Shown here one piece after another: positions 8,741 through 16,875 of a DNA stretch of 64,000 nt. Position 1 is the stretch's first letter, and each line of letters starts with the position of its first letter. Where the stretch lies: IMG/VR virus record IMGVR_UViG_3300009509_000001, positions 96,001-160,000 of that record; one strand, 5' to 3'. The DNA is from a virus. The translations under genes were made by a program, and so were the position numbers. The notes under the pieces are model-generated. The model saw only the letters and a program-made list of their open reading frames with translations, was not told the origin of the DNA and ran no database searches.

Positions 8741-11566
8741 TCATTTGCCGACCGCCCGCTTCACCATGGTCTTGATCTTGCCGGTGTTTTTCGTGACGCC
8801 CTTGGCCTTGTCGTCGTATATGGCGGTGCAATACATGTCCTTGACGCAGGTGATGGGCAGTACCTGGCCAATGTGGGCCATGCACCACTTGTCGATGTGG
8901 TAGCGGGCCTTCCCGTCGTCGCCGCTTGCCCGGGCAGTCAGGATCTTTACCTTCTTGCCGTCGGCGAGCCATGCCTTTACCCGGTCGACCATGGGCTTGA
9001 TCGGTGCGCCGATGTGGCCACGGCCCTTCCATTCGGTATATCGGGCCAGCGTGCCGTCAAGGTCCACGCCGATCCATTCCTTTGCCGGGTCGTATTTGAG
9101 GGCTTTCTTGTGCAGGTCGTATCGTTGTGCGGCCGCCCGCAGCTCTTCCTGCGGTATGCCGACGTTGTGTTCATTGAGCTTGGGCCGTACGGCGTCGGCC
9201 GGTACCCGGAACATACCGCACAGCTCGCGCAGCTTGGCCTCCAGCTGGTCGGCGTCCATCGCCGCGGTCTTCCGCAGCCGTCGACTCAATGCCAGTAAAG
9301 CGGGTGCCGCCAGTGCACCGGTCGCTCCGCCGGCCAAGGCGCCGATAAGCTTGTCGTCGGCGAGCCATGCGCCGGCCGCTCCGCCCAGGCCCAGCCCGGC
9401 CAATGCCGCAGTGCCGTAGCCGCCCGGTGCCTTGGCCTTCGGCTGTTGCGGCTGCGGTTGTGGCCGTGGCGTCTGTGTGACCTGCGGTTCGACGCCTGTT
9501 TCGGGTTCGCCGTTATCGCGCATGAGCAATGCCGTGCCGCCGGCGGTGGCCGCAGTCGCCGCAGTGGCGATCGCCGCCTTCTTGCCGGTCGACATCTTGC
9601 CGGTCGCCGGCGGGTCGGTGATTCTTGCCGTGGGCTTGGCCGGCGGTGGATCGGTGATGCGTGCCGTGGACTTGGCGAAAGGCTCCGGTGCCGGCAGGGG
9701 CTCGAACCACGACCTGTTGTGCGTCGGGTCCGCGTTCCAGTCGTCGCCGTAGCCCATGACCGTTCTTGAATTTACGTTGCGCCCCTTTCCGGTCGCTTCC
9801 TGAAACTTCAGCGCCGTATCCATGTATTCGCCGGCGGCCCGCGAAAGCTTGTCGGAGTCTACGTTGCCCCTGAGCGACGGGTCTTTGCGCAGGCGATCCT
9901 TTATCGCCATGCTGACGTCGTACGGCCCGCGGCCGGACGTGTACGTGTGTCCCGGGTGGACGCGATCGATCAGCTTTTGATGGAGCCGCTGGGCGCGCGG
10001 ACCCTCCAAGTACCGCATCGCGTCCATGTACGGCATTTCGCCGGCCTTCTCGTACATGCGCTTCAGCACGCCGAAAGCGCGGGTCGCGTCCGACTCGAAC
10101 TTGAACGCCGGCGTCTTGGCCGCAGCGGTCTTCGGCAGCAGGTTGCCGACCACCACGAGCCGGTCGCGAAGGCTCGGATTCGCCATGAGCCTGAAATGGG
10201 CGTCCGCCTGCTTCTTCAGCTGCTTGGCCTTGGCGCTGGTGGTCGCCGCCACCGGACCGCCGGCCGGCAACAGCTTCTTGATGCGCAGCGCCAGGAGCTT
10301 GCGGCCGTTGATGGTGGGCTGGCCGTTCTCGTCGGTTCCTATACTTTCAACCTTCACAGGCTTGTTCTTGAATCTGCCTACGAGAACGGTGTCGCCCATC
10401 TCTATGTCGAGCACGATCTTCGCGATCTTGCGCAGCCGCGGGTCGGCCAACCGCTGCTTCAGCCGGATCTCCCGGTCGATCGCCCTGATGTCCATGTGGT
10501 AAGTTTTTATCTCAGCCTGCTTCGCCAGGGGCTTGAGCTCTCCCTTGGTCGGGCCGTCGCTCATGGCCCATTCCTTGAATTCGGCCCACGGCAGTTCGAC
10601 CACGGCGCCGTCGCGGTCCCAGCCGTCCTCGTAGTTCTGCCGGTAGGCTTGCACCGCCTGCTGCTTCGTGACGTAGCCGATCATGCACTTGTGCTCGTCG
10701 AACTTGCCGTCGGCGTCCAGCTGGTTGATCACGTACACGCTCTCGGCGTCCCATATGGTCTCGTCGTGGGGTATGCCCGGATTGATGAAGACGTCGAGAT
10801 GATCCTTGTCGTAGCCCCTGCTGCCGCGGATGTAGCCGTAGTCGTCCCACATGGTCTGGCTCCATTCGTTACCGTCGTCGTCCACTCCGCTCCTGACGGA
10901 CTTGAACGGGTTCTCGATGCTGATGTCCAGGCCGTCGATGGTTACGTGCGCCTTCTTGTAGTTCTCGGCCTTGATCTGGGCCTCGGTCGGCTGTAGCTCC
11001 ATGTCCTGGCCCTTGGCCACCCCATGCTCGACCTCCGCGGCGGTCTTGGCCAGGCGCGGTATGAGCAGCGTACTGTAGCGGTCGGCCGGGTTGCTCCACC
11101 GGATGGCGCTGATCGGAAACTTCTGGCCGCTCACGAAATTGGCGAGCCGTGCGTACTTGGCGGGGTCCACGTCCTTCTTCAGGTAGGCGACGGTGACGTG
11201 CGGCCGGTAGGTCTTGTGCGTTTCGCCCGGCATCCTGACGCCGGCGCGCACCGCCTTGTTCAATGCATGCAGGTCCGGACTGTCGACGTCGAACTTCAGC
11301 ACCTTGTAGTCGCCCTGGTCGAAGTGACTGAGCCCGCCGACGGTACCCTGCCCCTGCAGGATTTCCTTGATCGCCTCCTTCGTGGAGCGCGGGTCGTCTT
11401 CTTCATGCCCGTAGGCAAGCGTGACGTGTGGATGCTTCTCGAGGCCGAACCCGTCCTCGTCGTACAAATCCTCCTTGGCGATGGCGCGCTGGATCATAGC
11501 GATCCGAAGCGCCACGCTCCTGGGCATGTCGATGCCCATCCAACCGTATGATTTTTCTTTAGCCAT
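8741..11566 (-). CDS. 941-aa multidomain protein: 2H phosphoesterase (T4 57B/Acb1-like) + inorganic pyrophosphatase (InPase) + small beta domain + glycine-zipper hairpin + HAD phosphatase
   Basis: HxT motifs PHVTLAYG (H47) and PHVTVAYL (H123); NYKKAH..IENP..DYGYI..DKDHLDVF..DEHKCM (InPase); IEMGDTVLVGRFKNKPVKVESIGTDENGQPTING; WIGVDLDGT..ILTAR..IYDDKA (HAD motifs). Confidence 0.9.
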   Translation of the reverse strand: MAKEKSYGWMGIDMPRSVALRIAMIQRAIAKEDLYDEDGFGLEKHPHVTLAYGHEEDDPRSTKEAIKEILQGQGTVGGLSHFDQGDYKVLKFDVDSPDLHALNKAVRAGVRMPGETHKTYRPHVTVAYLKKDVDPAKYARLANFVSGQKFPISAIRWSNPADRYSTLLIPRLAKTAAEVEHGVAKGQDMELQPTEAQIKAENYKKAHVTIDGLDISIENPFKSVRSGVDDDGNEWSQTMWDDYGYIRGSRGYDKDHLDVFINPGIPHDETIWDAESVYVINQLDADGKFDEHKCMIGYVTKQQAVQAYRQNYEDGWDRDGAVVELPWAEFKEWAMSDGPTKGELKPLAKQAEIKTYHMDIRAIDREIRLKQRLADPRLRKIAKIVLDIEMGDTVLVGRFKNKPVKVESIGTDENGQPTINGRKLLALRIKKLLPAGGPVAATTSAKAKQLKKQADAHFRLMANPSLRDRLVVVGNLLPKTAAAKTPAFKFESDATRAFGVLKRMYEKAGEMPYMDAMRYLEGPRAQRLHQKLIDRVHPGHTYTSGRGPYDVSMAIKDRLRKDPSLRGNVDSDKLSRAAGEYMDTALKFQEATGKGRNVNSRTVMGYGDDWNADPTHNRSWFEPLPAPEPFAKSTARITDPPPAKPTARITDPPATGKMSTGKKAAIATAATAATAGGTALLMRDNGEPETGVEPQVTQTPRPQPQPQQPKAKAPGGYGTAALAGLGLGGAAGAWLADDKLIGALAGGATGALAAPALLALSRRLRKTAAMDADQLEAKLRELCGMFRVPADAVRPKLNEHNVGIPQEELRAAAQRYDLHKKALKYDPAKEWIGVDLDGTLARYTEWKGRGHIGAPIKPMVDRVKAWLADGKKVKILTARASGDDGKARYHIDKWCMAHIGQVLPITCVKDMYCTAIYDDKAKGVTKNTGKIKTMVKRAVGK
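9604..9677 (-). repeat. Tandem ~36-nt in-frame duplication (KSTARITDPPPA / KPTARITDPPAT)
   Basis: Visible in both DNA and protein. Confidence 0.8.
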
Positions 11567-11572
11567 GGGTAT

Positions 11573-11601
11573 AATATAGCCCGGTCATAGCTAAAAGAAA
11601 A
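11573..11601 (-). promoter_or_regulatory. Candidate promoter (TTTTCT-N17-TATATT) for a leaderless mRNA of the 941-aa gene
   Basis: The -10 ends 6 nt before ATG 11566, and that ATG has no SD. Confidence 0.45.
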
Positions 11602-11627
11602 GGCAGGGTCCTTAAAGGAACCTGCCT
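11593..11627 (-). terminator. Intrinsic terminator
   Basis: AGGCAGGTTCCT-TTA-AGGACCCTGCCT followed by TTTCTTTT. Confidence 0.85.
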
Positions 11628-11648
11628 GGATAATCGGATGATGATGTT
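11593..11648 (-). ncRNA. Candidate ~55-nt small RNA or attenuated leader
   Basis: Promoter 11655-11683 fires directly into terminator 11593-11627; leader AACAUCAUCAUCCGAUUAUCC. Confidence 0.4.
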
Positions 11649-11654
11649 ACCGGT

Positions 11655-11683
11655 AATATACACCGGCCATCATCACCCTGCAA
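11655..11683 (-). promoter_or_regulatory. sigma70-type promoter TTGCAG-N17-TATATT
   Basis: -35 at 11678-11683, -10 at 11655-11660, inside an imperfect palindrome GATGATG..CCGGT..ACCGG..CATCATC. Confidence 0.7.
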
Positions 11684-11728
11684 CCCACATCTTGTGGTTT
11701 GCGTGCGTTTTTTCTCAATATCTTGTGG
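11682..11728. promoter_or_regulatory. Tandem NrdR-box-like operators, 31 bp apart
   Basis: CCACAAGATGTGGGTT (11682-11697) and CCACAAGATATTGAGA (11713-11728) on the minus strand match the NrdR consensus acaCwAtATaTwGtg; box 1 overlaps the -35. Confidence 0.7.
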
Positions 11729-11729
11729 T

Positions 11730-12113
11730 TTATCCGGCGAACAGATGCCGCAGACGGCTCACGAGGCCCGTGAAGTCGAAGTGCGGCCAGTTCTGATGGT
11801 TGACGATCCGCTGCATGAATTCGCCGCGCTGCTCGTCCATGAGCCTGCAGGCGATCTCGTACTTCTTGCGGCGCAATACGAACGTGCATCCGTAGATGTC
11901 CGAGTCGAAATGCTCCTCGTCGGTCTCCTCGCACAGGGCCACGCGGACCCGGTAGTGGCAGTTGACGATGTCGGTGCTCAGCCGCAGGGTGGCGACGAGT
12001 TCGCAGAACTGGTAGTCCTCGTCCTCTTCGTCCCGTTCGCACGGCGGGTTGAACTCGATGACTCCGAGCGCTCCGAACATCTGCGCCCTGGGCGCGTCGA
12101 TCAATACGTTCAT
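11730..12113 (-). CDS. Hypothetical protein (127 aa)
   Basis: SD AAGGA; ATGA overlap with upstream gene. Confidence 0.7.
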   Translation of the reverse strand: MNVLIDAPRAQMFGALGVIEFNPPCERDEEDEDYQFCELVATLRLSTDIVNCHYRVRVALCEETDEEHFDSDIYGCTFVLRRKKYEIACRLMDEQRGEFMQRIVNHQNWPHFDFTGLVSRLRHLFAG

Positions 12114-12679
12114 GATATTTCCTTGATTAGCTTTTCATACATCTTGACCACCGCCTTCGAGTGTTCGACGTTGGCCTTCCATTGGTCGCACAGGCGCTGC
12201 ATGCGTCGCCTGTGCAGGTCCAGTATCAGCTCGGGCACGAGGCTCGACACGTAAAGCGTCGGCTTCTCGACCATCCACTCGGGTGCCGGCTCGGTGAGCC
12301 AGTACTCCTGCAGGATGGGGCAGCGCCACGAACTGACGTTGCCCGCCTGCACGTAGCCCGGTTCCATGTCGATGAGCCGGTACTGGATGCGCACGCTTGG
12401 CCGGTCGTGCCGGTTGCTGTAGCCGCTGCAGAAGACCTTGACCGCCACGCCGAGCGCGCGGTCGGGCTTCTTCACATGCTCGAACATGCCGTGGTCGTCG
12501 GCCACCTGGTCGTCCAGGGACTCGACCTCGAGCGCACGGCACAGGAGCCTTGCGGTCTTGGCGCTCGGCTCCATGTGCCCGTTCTCGATGCGGCTGATGT
12601 GCTGGTACGACACGTCGGCACGCTTGGCCAGTGCGGCCTGGGTGAGGCCACGGGCCTTCCGCAGTTCGCGCAGGTTCAT
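12110..12679 (-). CDS. XRE/Cro-C1 HTH domain protein (189 aa)
   Basis: MNLRELRKARGLTQAALAKRADVSYQHISRIENG; start re-assigned to 12679. Confidence 0.88.
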   Translation of the reverse strand: MNLRELRKARGLTQAALAKRADVSYQHISRIENGHMEPSAKTARLLCRALEVESLDDQVADDHGMFEHVKKPDRALGVAVKVFCSGYSNRHDRPSVRIQYRLIDMEPGYVQAGNVSSWRCPILQEYWLTEPAPEWMVEKPTLYVSSLVPELILDLHRRRMQRLCDQWKANVEHSKAVVKMYEKLIKEIS

Positions 12680-13350
12680 CAGTACGCCTTCCCGCCGTGG
12701 CGGTGCGACCGCGTGGCGTTGTAGCGTACCTTGGCGATCATGGCGCCGACCACGTCCATCTTGTTGCCGGCACTGAAGTCCAGGATGCGGATCATGGTGT
12801 CGGCCAGCTCCTCCTCGATGCCGCTGAACTCCTGAATGTGGTCGCTCGGCTTGTTGCCCTTGCGATCCCACTCCATGGCCTCGGCGAGCTCGCTCACCAT
12901 AAGCATGAAGTTCGTGGCATTGTTGTTCGGGTTCTCCCACCAGCCGTTCGCGCGGTTGACGGCGTGCAGCTGCTGCTGGAACTTACGGAGATCCGGCAGG
13001 TCCAGGAAGTCGCTTTCGTCCTTGACGTCCCAGGGGAACGGATAGGTCTCCATGACTTCCCAGTGAAGGGCCGCAAGCCCCGTGCCGAACGACCTTACCG
13101 AATTCATCAGAAGGCAGAAGGTGCCGGTGTTCGCGTACTTGTCGTGCACGTTGATGCCGTTGATGGTCGTCTTCTCGGGATCGATGCCACGGGACTTCTG
13201 GTACTCGAACAGGTTCTGCGGCAACGCGATGAACGGCTGCTTGCCGCGCTCGCGCTTGTACAGCTCGGCGAGCGCCGAGTCGAGCGCGTGCAGAAAGCTC
13301 CTGGTGTCGTCCAGGCTCATGCCCGGAATGGCATTAAGCAGAGTGCTCAT
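12679..13350 (-). CDS. MazG-like nucleotide pyrophosphohydrolase (C-terminal) with N-terminal extension (223 aa)
   Basis: GWW..LMVSELAEAME..RK..EEELADTMIRILD..KVRYNATR..HGGKAY; start 13350 after CTGGAGAAC. Confidence 0.85.
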   Translation of the reverse strand: MSTLLNAIPGMSLDDTRSFLHALDSALAELYKRERGKQPFIALPQNLFEYQKSRGIDPEKTTINGINVHDKYANTGTFCLLMNSVRSFGTGLAALHWEVMETYPFPWDVKDESDFLDLPDLRKFQQQLHAVNRANGWWENPNNNATNFMLMVSELAEAMEWDRKGNKPSDHIQEFSGIEEELADTMIRILDFSAGNKMDVVGAMIAKVRYNATRSHRHGGKAY

Positions 13351-13961
13351 GATTGGTTCTCCAGTTGATGCATGGCCAGCCGCAGGCCGACCCAATGCTG
13401 TTTCAATGTGTGTGGCATGACCTCGCCCCAGAGCCAGGGGTCGTAGTCCGTCCAGTTGGCGCCCAGGAACTGCTCGCCGTTGGTGGCGAGCCAGTGGCTG
13501 AACTCGTCCTTGTTGGCCGAGGCGGCTTTGGCCTCGCGCACCAGGTCGAGATCCACGTGCTCGTCGTACTCCAGCAGATCCTTGACGTTCTCGTCGATGC
13601 GGCGCTCGCACTCGTTCGTGTCCCAGTCCATCCAGCGACGGCCGCTGCCGTCGGGACTTGCCTGACACTTCTCGTGCAGATAGCTGATGCCGCACTTGGC
13701 CCAGCCGTCGAGCCGCATGTTGTCATACACGCCGTAGATGGCTTCGCCGCAGTCGCCGCGCACGATCAGGCTGTTGCCGACCGCCATGAAGATCATGAGG
13801 TAGCTGCTGCTCGTGGGCCGGCCCCAGATCAGGTAGTCGATCTGGTTGCCGTTGTCGACCTGGCCGGCGTGGCGCTTGGCCAGGTGGTCCTTGAAGTCGT
13901 TGGCGATCATCTGAACGCCGCGGTCTTCGTGGTGATGGGGGAACAACGCTTTAAGATCCAC
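13347..13961 (-). CDS. Hypothetical protein (204 aa)
   Basis: GTG start after AAGGAGG; coupled to neighbours. Confidence 0.75.
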   Translation of the reverse strand: MDLKALFPHHHEDRGVQMIANDFKDHLAKRHAGQVDNGNQIDYLIWGRPTSSSYLMIFMAVGNSLIVRGDCGEAIYGVYDNMRLDGWAKCGISYLHEKCQASPDGSGRRWMDWDTNECERRIDENVKDLLEYDEHVDLDLVREAKAASANKDEFSHWLATNGEQFLGANWTDYDPWLWGEVMPHTLKQHWVGLRLAMHQLENQS

Positions 13962-14676
13962 GTTCGGCCTCCTTCGACGGGAAGGTCAGTGCGTGCGACT
14001 CCATGGCGTCCTTCACCTCGTACTTCTTGCCGATGAAGGTGCTTCCGTGGTCGTCGTCGAACCAGCCCTCGAACTCGCGACTGCTCACGCGTTCGATCGT
14101 GGCCTTGCGGCCGTTGAACACGTACTCGGTCTTCGGACCCTTCTTCGGCTGTGCCGGGAAGATGTGGGCCAGACAGTGTTCGTCGATCTTGGTCACGGGC
14201 TCCGGGTTGTACATGGTCGGATGCTCTTCAGTGAACTTCCGGGCCTTGGCGCGCTGCCGGATGAGGCTGCGGCCCGTGGCGTAGAAGTTGGCGTTGAGTA
14301 TGGCCTCCATCCGGTCGATCTCGATCGCCATCTGGTTGAAGAGGTGCTTGTCCTTCTCGGTCTCGCACTTGGCCGCCAGGTCGTCGATCTCAAGCTGCAC
14401 GAGGGCGCCGATCTCGTGCATGAGCGTCGCCAGATACATGATGGCGTCGGTCTTGGATTCGTTCTCGATCGAGTCCGATGCCCAGTCGAAGGCGTTGCAC
14501 GGGCACTCGGCCGTGCAGTCGGCGGGGCAGTCCAATGCCTCCTGGTCGTCGCGCAGCTTGAGAATGCGGGTCTTGAACTCCGCGGCTTCCTTGCCGCCCT
14601 CGTCTTCGTCCGGGAACCAGGTCCCGATGTCTTCGAGTATGTTGTACAGGGTCTCGATGGTCTCTGCTCTATTCAT
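13951..14676 (-). CDS. Hypothetical protein (241 aa)
   Basis: ATG 14676 after GGAGG. Confidence 0.75.
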   Translation of the reverse strand: MNRAETIETLYNILEDIGTWFPDEDEGGKEAAEFKTRILKLRDDQEALDCPADCTAECPCNAFDWASDSIENESKTDAIMYLATLMHEIGALVQLEIDDLAAKCETEKDKHLFNQMAIEIDRMEAILNANFYATGRSLIRQRAKARKFTEEHPTMYNPEPVTKIDEHCLAHIFPAQPKKGPKTEYVFNGRKATIERVSSREFEGWFDDDHGSTFIGKKYEVKDAMESHALTFPSKEAERGS

Positions 14677-14980
14677 CGATGGTTCCTCCATTTCGTTTGA
14701 TTACGTCAATGAGACCTTCCTCGGTTTCGACCGACAGGCGGCCGTGATTCTCGGAGATCTCCTTGAATATGTTCTGAAGCGCGGTCAACATGTCGGCCTC
14801 GGCGTCGGGCCGATCGACCGGGCGGTGGCCCGCGCGCCGCATCATTCTGACCCAGCGCTCGCGCAGCTCCTCGCAGTATTGGGCGGTGTCCACGCGTTCG
14901 CAGCAGCCGCCGTTCAGCATCAGGTAGGTGTTGCCGTCGCAACGCTCCTCGATGCGGTATCCTTTTTCTTCGTCAGCCAT
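14669..14980 (-). CDS. Hypothetical protein (103 aa)
   Basis: SD GGAGAAC. Confidence 0.7.
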   Translation of the reverse strand: MADEEKGYRIEERCDGNTYLMLNGGCCERVDTAQYCEELRERWVRMMRRAGHRPVDRPDAEADMLTALQNIFKEISENHGRLSVETEEGLIDVIKRNGGTIDE

Positions 14981-14992
14981 TGGTGTTCTCCA

Positions 14993-15217
14993 TTAGTTCA
15001 TTATTGCTTCGAACAGGCTCTTGGCCCAGTCCGCTACTTGGGATGCGGCTGCCACCAGGACGAGCAGCACCCCCACGCAGCAGCAACAGCCTGCTCCGCC
15101 GTCATCGCTGCCGCTGTCGTTGACATGTGAGCCTTTGACGTTGACGCGTCCAGGCTTTCTGTAGCCGTCAAGCTGCCGTGGGAATCGCCGGGTGTGTGGT
15201 TTACGGTCGTGTCCCAT
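14993..15217 (-). CDS. Small protein with C-terminal hydrophobic helix (74 aa)
   Basis: Fills operon gap; GCCCCVGVLLVLVAAA. Confidence 0.55.
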   Translation of the reverse strand: MGHDRKPHTRRFPRQLDGYRKPGRVNVKGSHVNDSGSDDGGAGCCCCVGVLLVLVAAASQVADWAKSLFEAIMN

Positions 15218-15218
15218 G

Positions 15219-15518
15219 TCACTGCGGCTCCAGTTCGGACGCGGCGATCACGTCCTCGACGGTTATGAGTTGATCGTCTTCAACCGGGTCCCGCTCCGGG
15301 AATCTCCAGTAGGAGATGGGTCCCGGGAACCACGGATCCGTGCCATAGTAGAATCGAAAGCCCTTGACCGGGTCGACGCCGTTGATGTAGACGCCTGCCC
15401 AACGGTCTTTCGAATCCTTCGCCACCATGGCCTCGCAATGCCCCTTCGGGCCTGCGCGGAGCATCCGCACCAGATGGCTCATGGCCTTGTCATAGCGCTC
15501 CTGTTGTTCCTTGTTCAT
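15219..15518 (-). CDS. Hypothetical protein (99 aa)
   Basis: Start re-assigned to ATG 15518 (ATGA overlap). Confidence 0.65.
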   Translation of the reverse strand: MNKEQQERYDKAMSHLVRMLRAGPKGHCEAMVAKDSKDRWAGVYINGVDPVKGFRFYYGTDPWFPGPISYWRFPERDPVEDDQLITVEDVIAASELEPQ

Positions 15519-15844
15519 TGTTCGAGCTCCAGGAACGCGTTTACGGTTTCGATCCAGCACTGCCTGCAGTCGGCGTCCATGTCGCACGCGCGCTTCAGGC
15601 CGAACTTGGTGTGGGACCACGGCTTCAGGTCCTCCGGCGGGCAGTCGCCGATCGGCGCGTGTGCGTCGGCCAGGCGGTCGACCACCTCGGGAAGTTCGTG
15701 CACGATCACCCGGAATCTGTCCATGTTCATTTTGCTCAGCTCTTTAACGTGGGTCTGCGCCCACAGCTGGCCGTCCTGATCCATGAACACCGGGAAGTCG
15801 TCGTACAGCCGATCCTCTTCGATGTGCCATATGCTGAATTTCAT
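15515..15844 (-). CDS. Hypothetical protein (109 aa)
   Basis: ATGA-coupled operon gene. Confidence 0.7.
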   Translation of the reverse strand: MKFSIWHIEEDRLYDDFPVFMDQDGQLWAQTHVKELSKMNMDRFRVIVHELPEVVDRLADAHAPIGDCPPEDLKPWSHTKFGLKRACDMDADCRQCWIETVNAFLELEQ

Positions 15845-16095
15845 AACGTGAAGATTATCTCCTCGATGTCTTTGCGCAGGGCCATGGTGTAGCCACGGTC
15901 GATGGCTTCCTTGGCCTTTGCGCTCTTGAACGGTTTCTTCTTGTCGGCCAGCCGCTCCGCGAGCATGTGCACGTCCGCGGTTGTCTGGGTGCTCTCGACT
16001 ACGATGTCGTATCCGTCGAGCTCCCGGTTTATCAGGAACAGGATGTTCCTGGGGAGCCCCTGGACTTCGACGTGACTTACGATTACGGTCTGCAT
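15841..16095 (-). CDS. Hypothetical protein (84 aa)
   Basis: Start re-assigned to 16095, right after the previous stop. Confidence 0.65.
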   Translation of the reverse strand: MQTVIVSHVEVQGLPRNILFLINRELDGYDIVVESTQTTADVHMLAERLADKKKPFKSAKAKEAIDRGYTMALRKDIEEIIFTL

Positions 16096-16097
16096 AC

Positions 16098-16322
16098 TCA
16101 GTCTCCGAACGCTTCGGGGTTCTTGCGGCGCCACCAGCCCTCGACCTTGATCAGGCAGGGCAGGCCCGGCAGTTGTCCGACGGGTGGATCGGGCATGGCC
16201 CCCTTCATGATGTAGGGGGTCACGCTCTTCGGAATCCATATCTGGACCTTGGTGGACTCGATCTCCATCAGCCGCGCCTTTTCGCTTTCGCGGATAAGGA
16301 AACAGTCGATGTGATCATCCAT
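16098..16322 (-). CDS. Hypothetical protein (74 aa)
   Basis: Operon-packed ORF. Confidence 0.6.
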   Translation of the reverse strand: MDDHIDCFLIRESEKARLMEIESTKVQIWIPKSVTPYIMKGAMPDPPVGQLPGLPCLIKVEGWWRRKNPEAFGD

Positions 16323-16875
16323 TGGACGGCCTCGGCACTATGACGGGCTCGCCGTCCTCGATGGGCGGGATGTCCGCGAACGGATCGGGCTCGTCCTTGC
16401 GGGAAGCCTTACGCGCGGCATCGACGAGACCCGCCAGGAAGTCCCCGCCCATCTGGCGCGGGTAGATCATGGAGAAGCACTCGTGCACCAGCTGCTCGTC
16501 GATGAGCAGGTCCATGGCCATGAACTGGTGAACCAGTATGAGCCGGAGTGCCTGCTCGGGCAACGTGTTCGTGGCACTGTCCCGGTCGACGGCGTACGGC
16601 TGGTCACCGTGCTTCAACGCAATCTCGGTGTGGATCACGAACGTCTGCTCGGCCCATTCGAGGAGCTGCGGGTTTTCGTGGGTCACGTCGTGGGTCACGG
16701 CCACCTGCCGCTCACTACGCACCTCCACCCGGAGGTTAGCCTTTATGAGCTCCGTGTGGGCGTTCAGCCGCCCGAGCATCGCCGTCGACATTTCCATGTT
16801 CTTCTCCATGGCTTCGACGGCAGCGTCTTTCGCCACTTTCGTGATGTCGGGCTTCGTTTCTTTGTGCTTGGTCAC
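16315..16875 (-). CDS. Hypothetical protein (186 aa)
   Basis: GTG after AAGGAGAAC. Confidence 0.75.
   Translation of the reverse strand: MTKHKETKPDITKVAKDAAVEAMEKNMEMSTAMLGRLNAHTELIKANLRVEVRSERQVAVTHDVTHENPQLLEWAEQTFVIHTEIALKHGDQPYAVDRDSATNTLPEQALRLILVHQFMAMDLLIDEQLVHECFSMIYPRQMGGDFLAGLVDAARKASRKDEPDPFADIPPIEDGEPVIVPRPSNG

Noticed and set aside
8559-11660. TATATTA as a T4-like late promoter
   Set aside because: Two of the three copies have a TTG-type -35 exactly 17 nt upstream, so sigma70-type -10 boxes explain them better.
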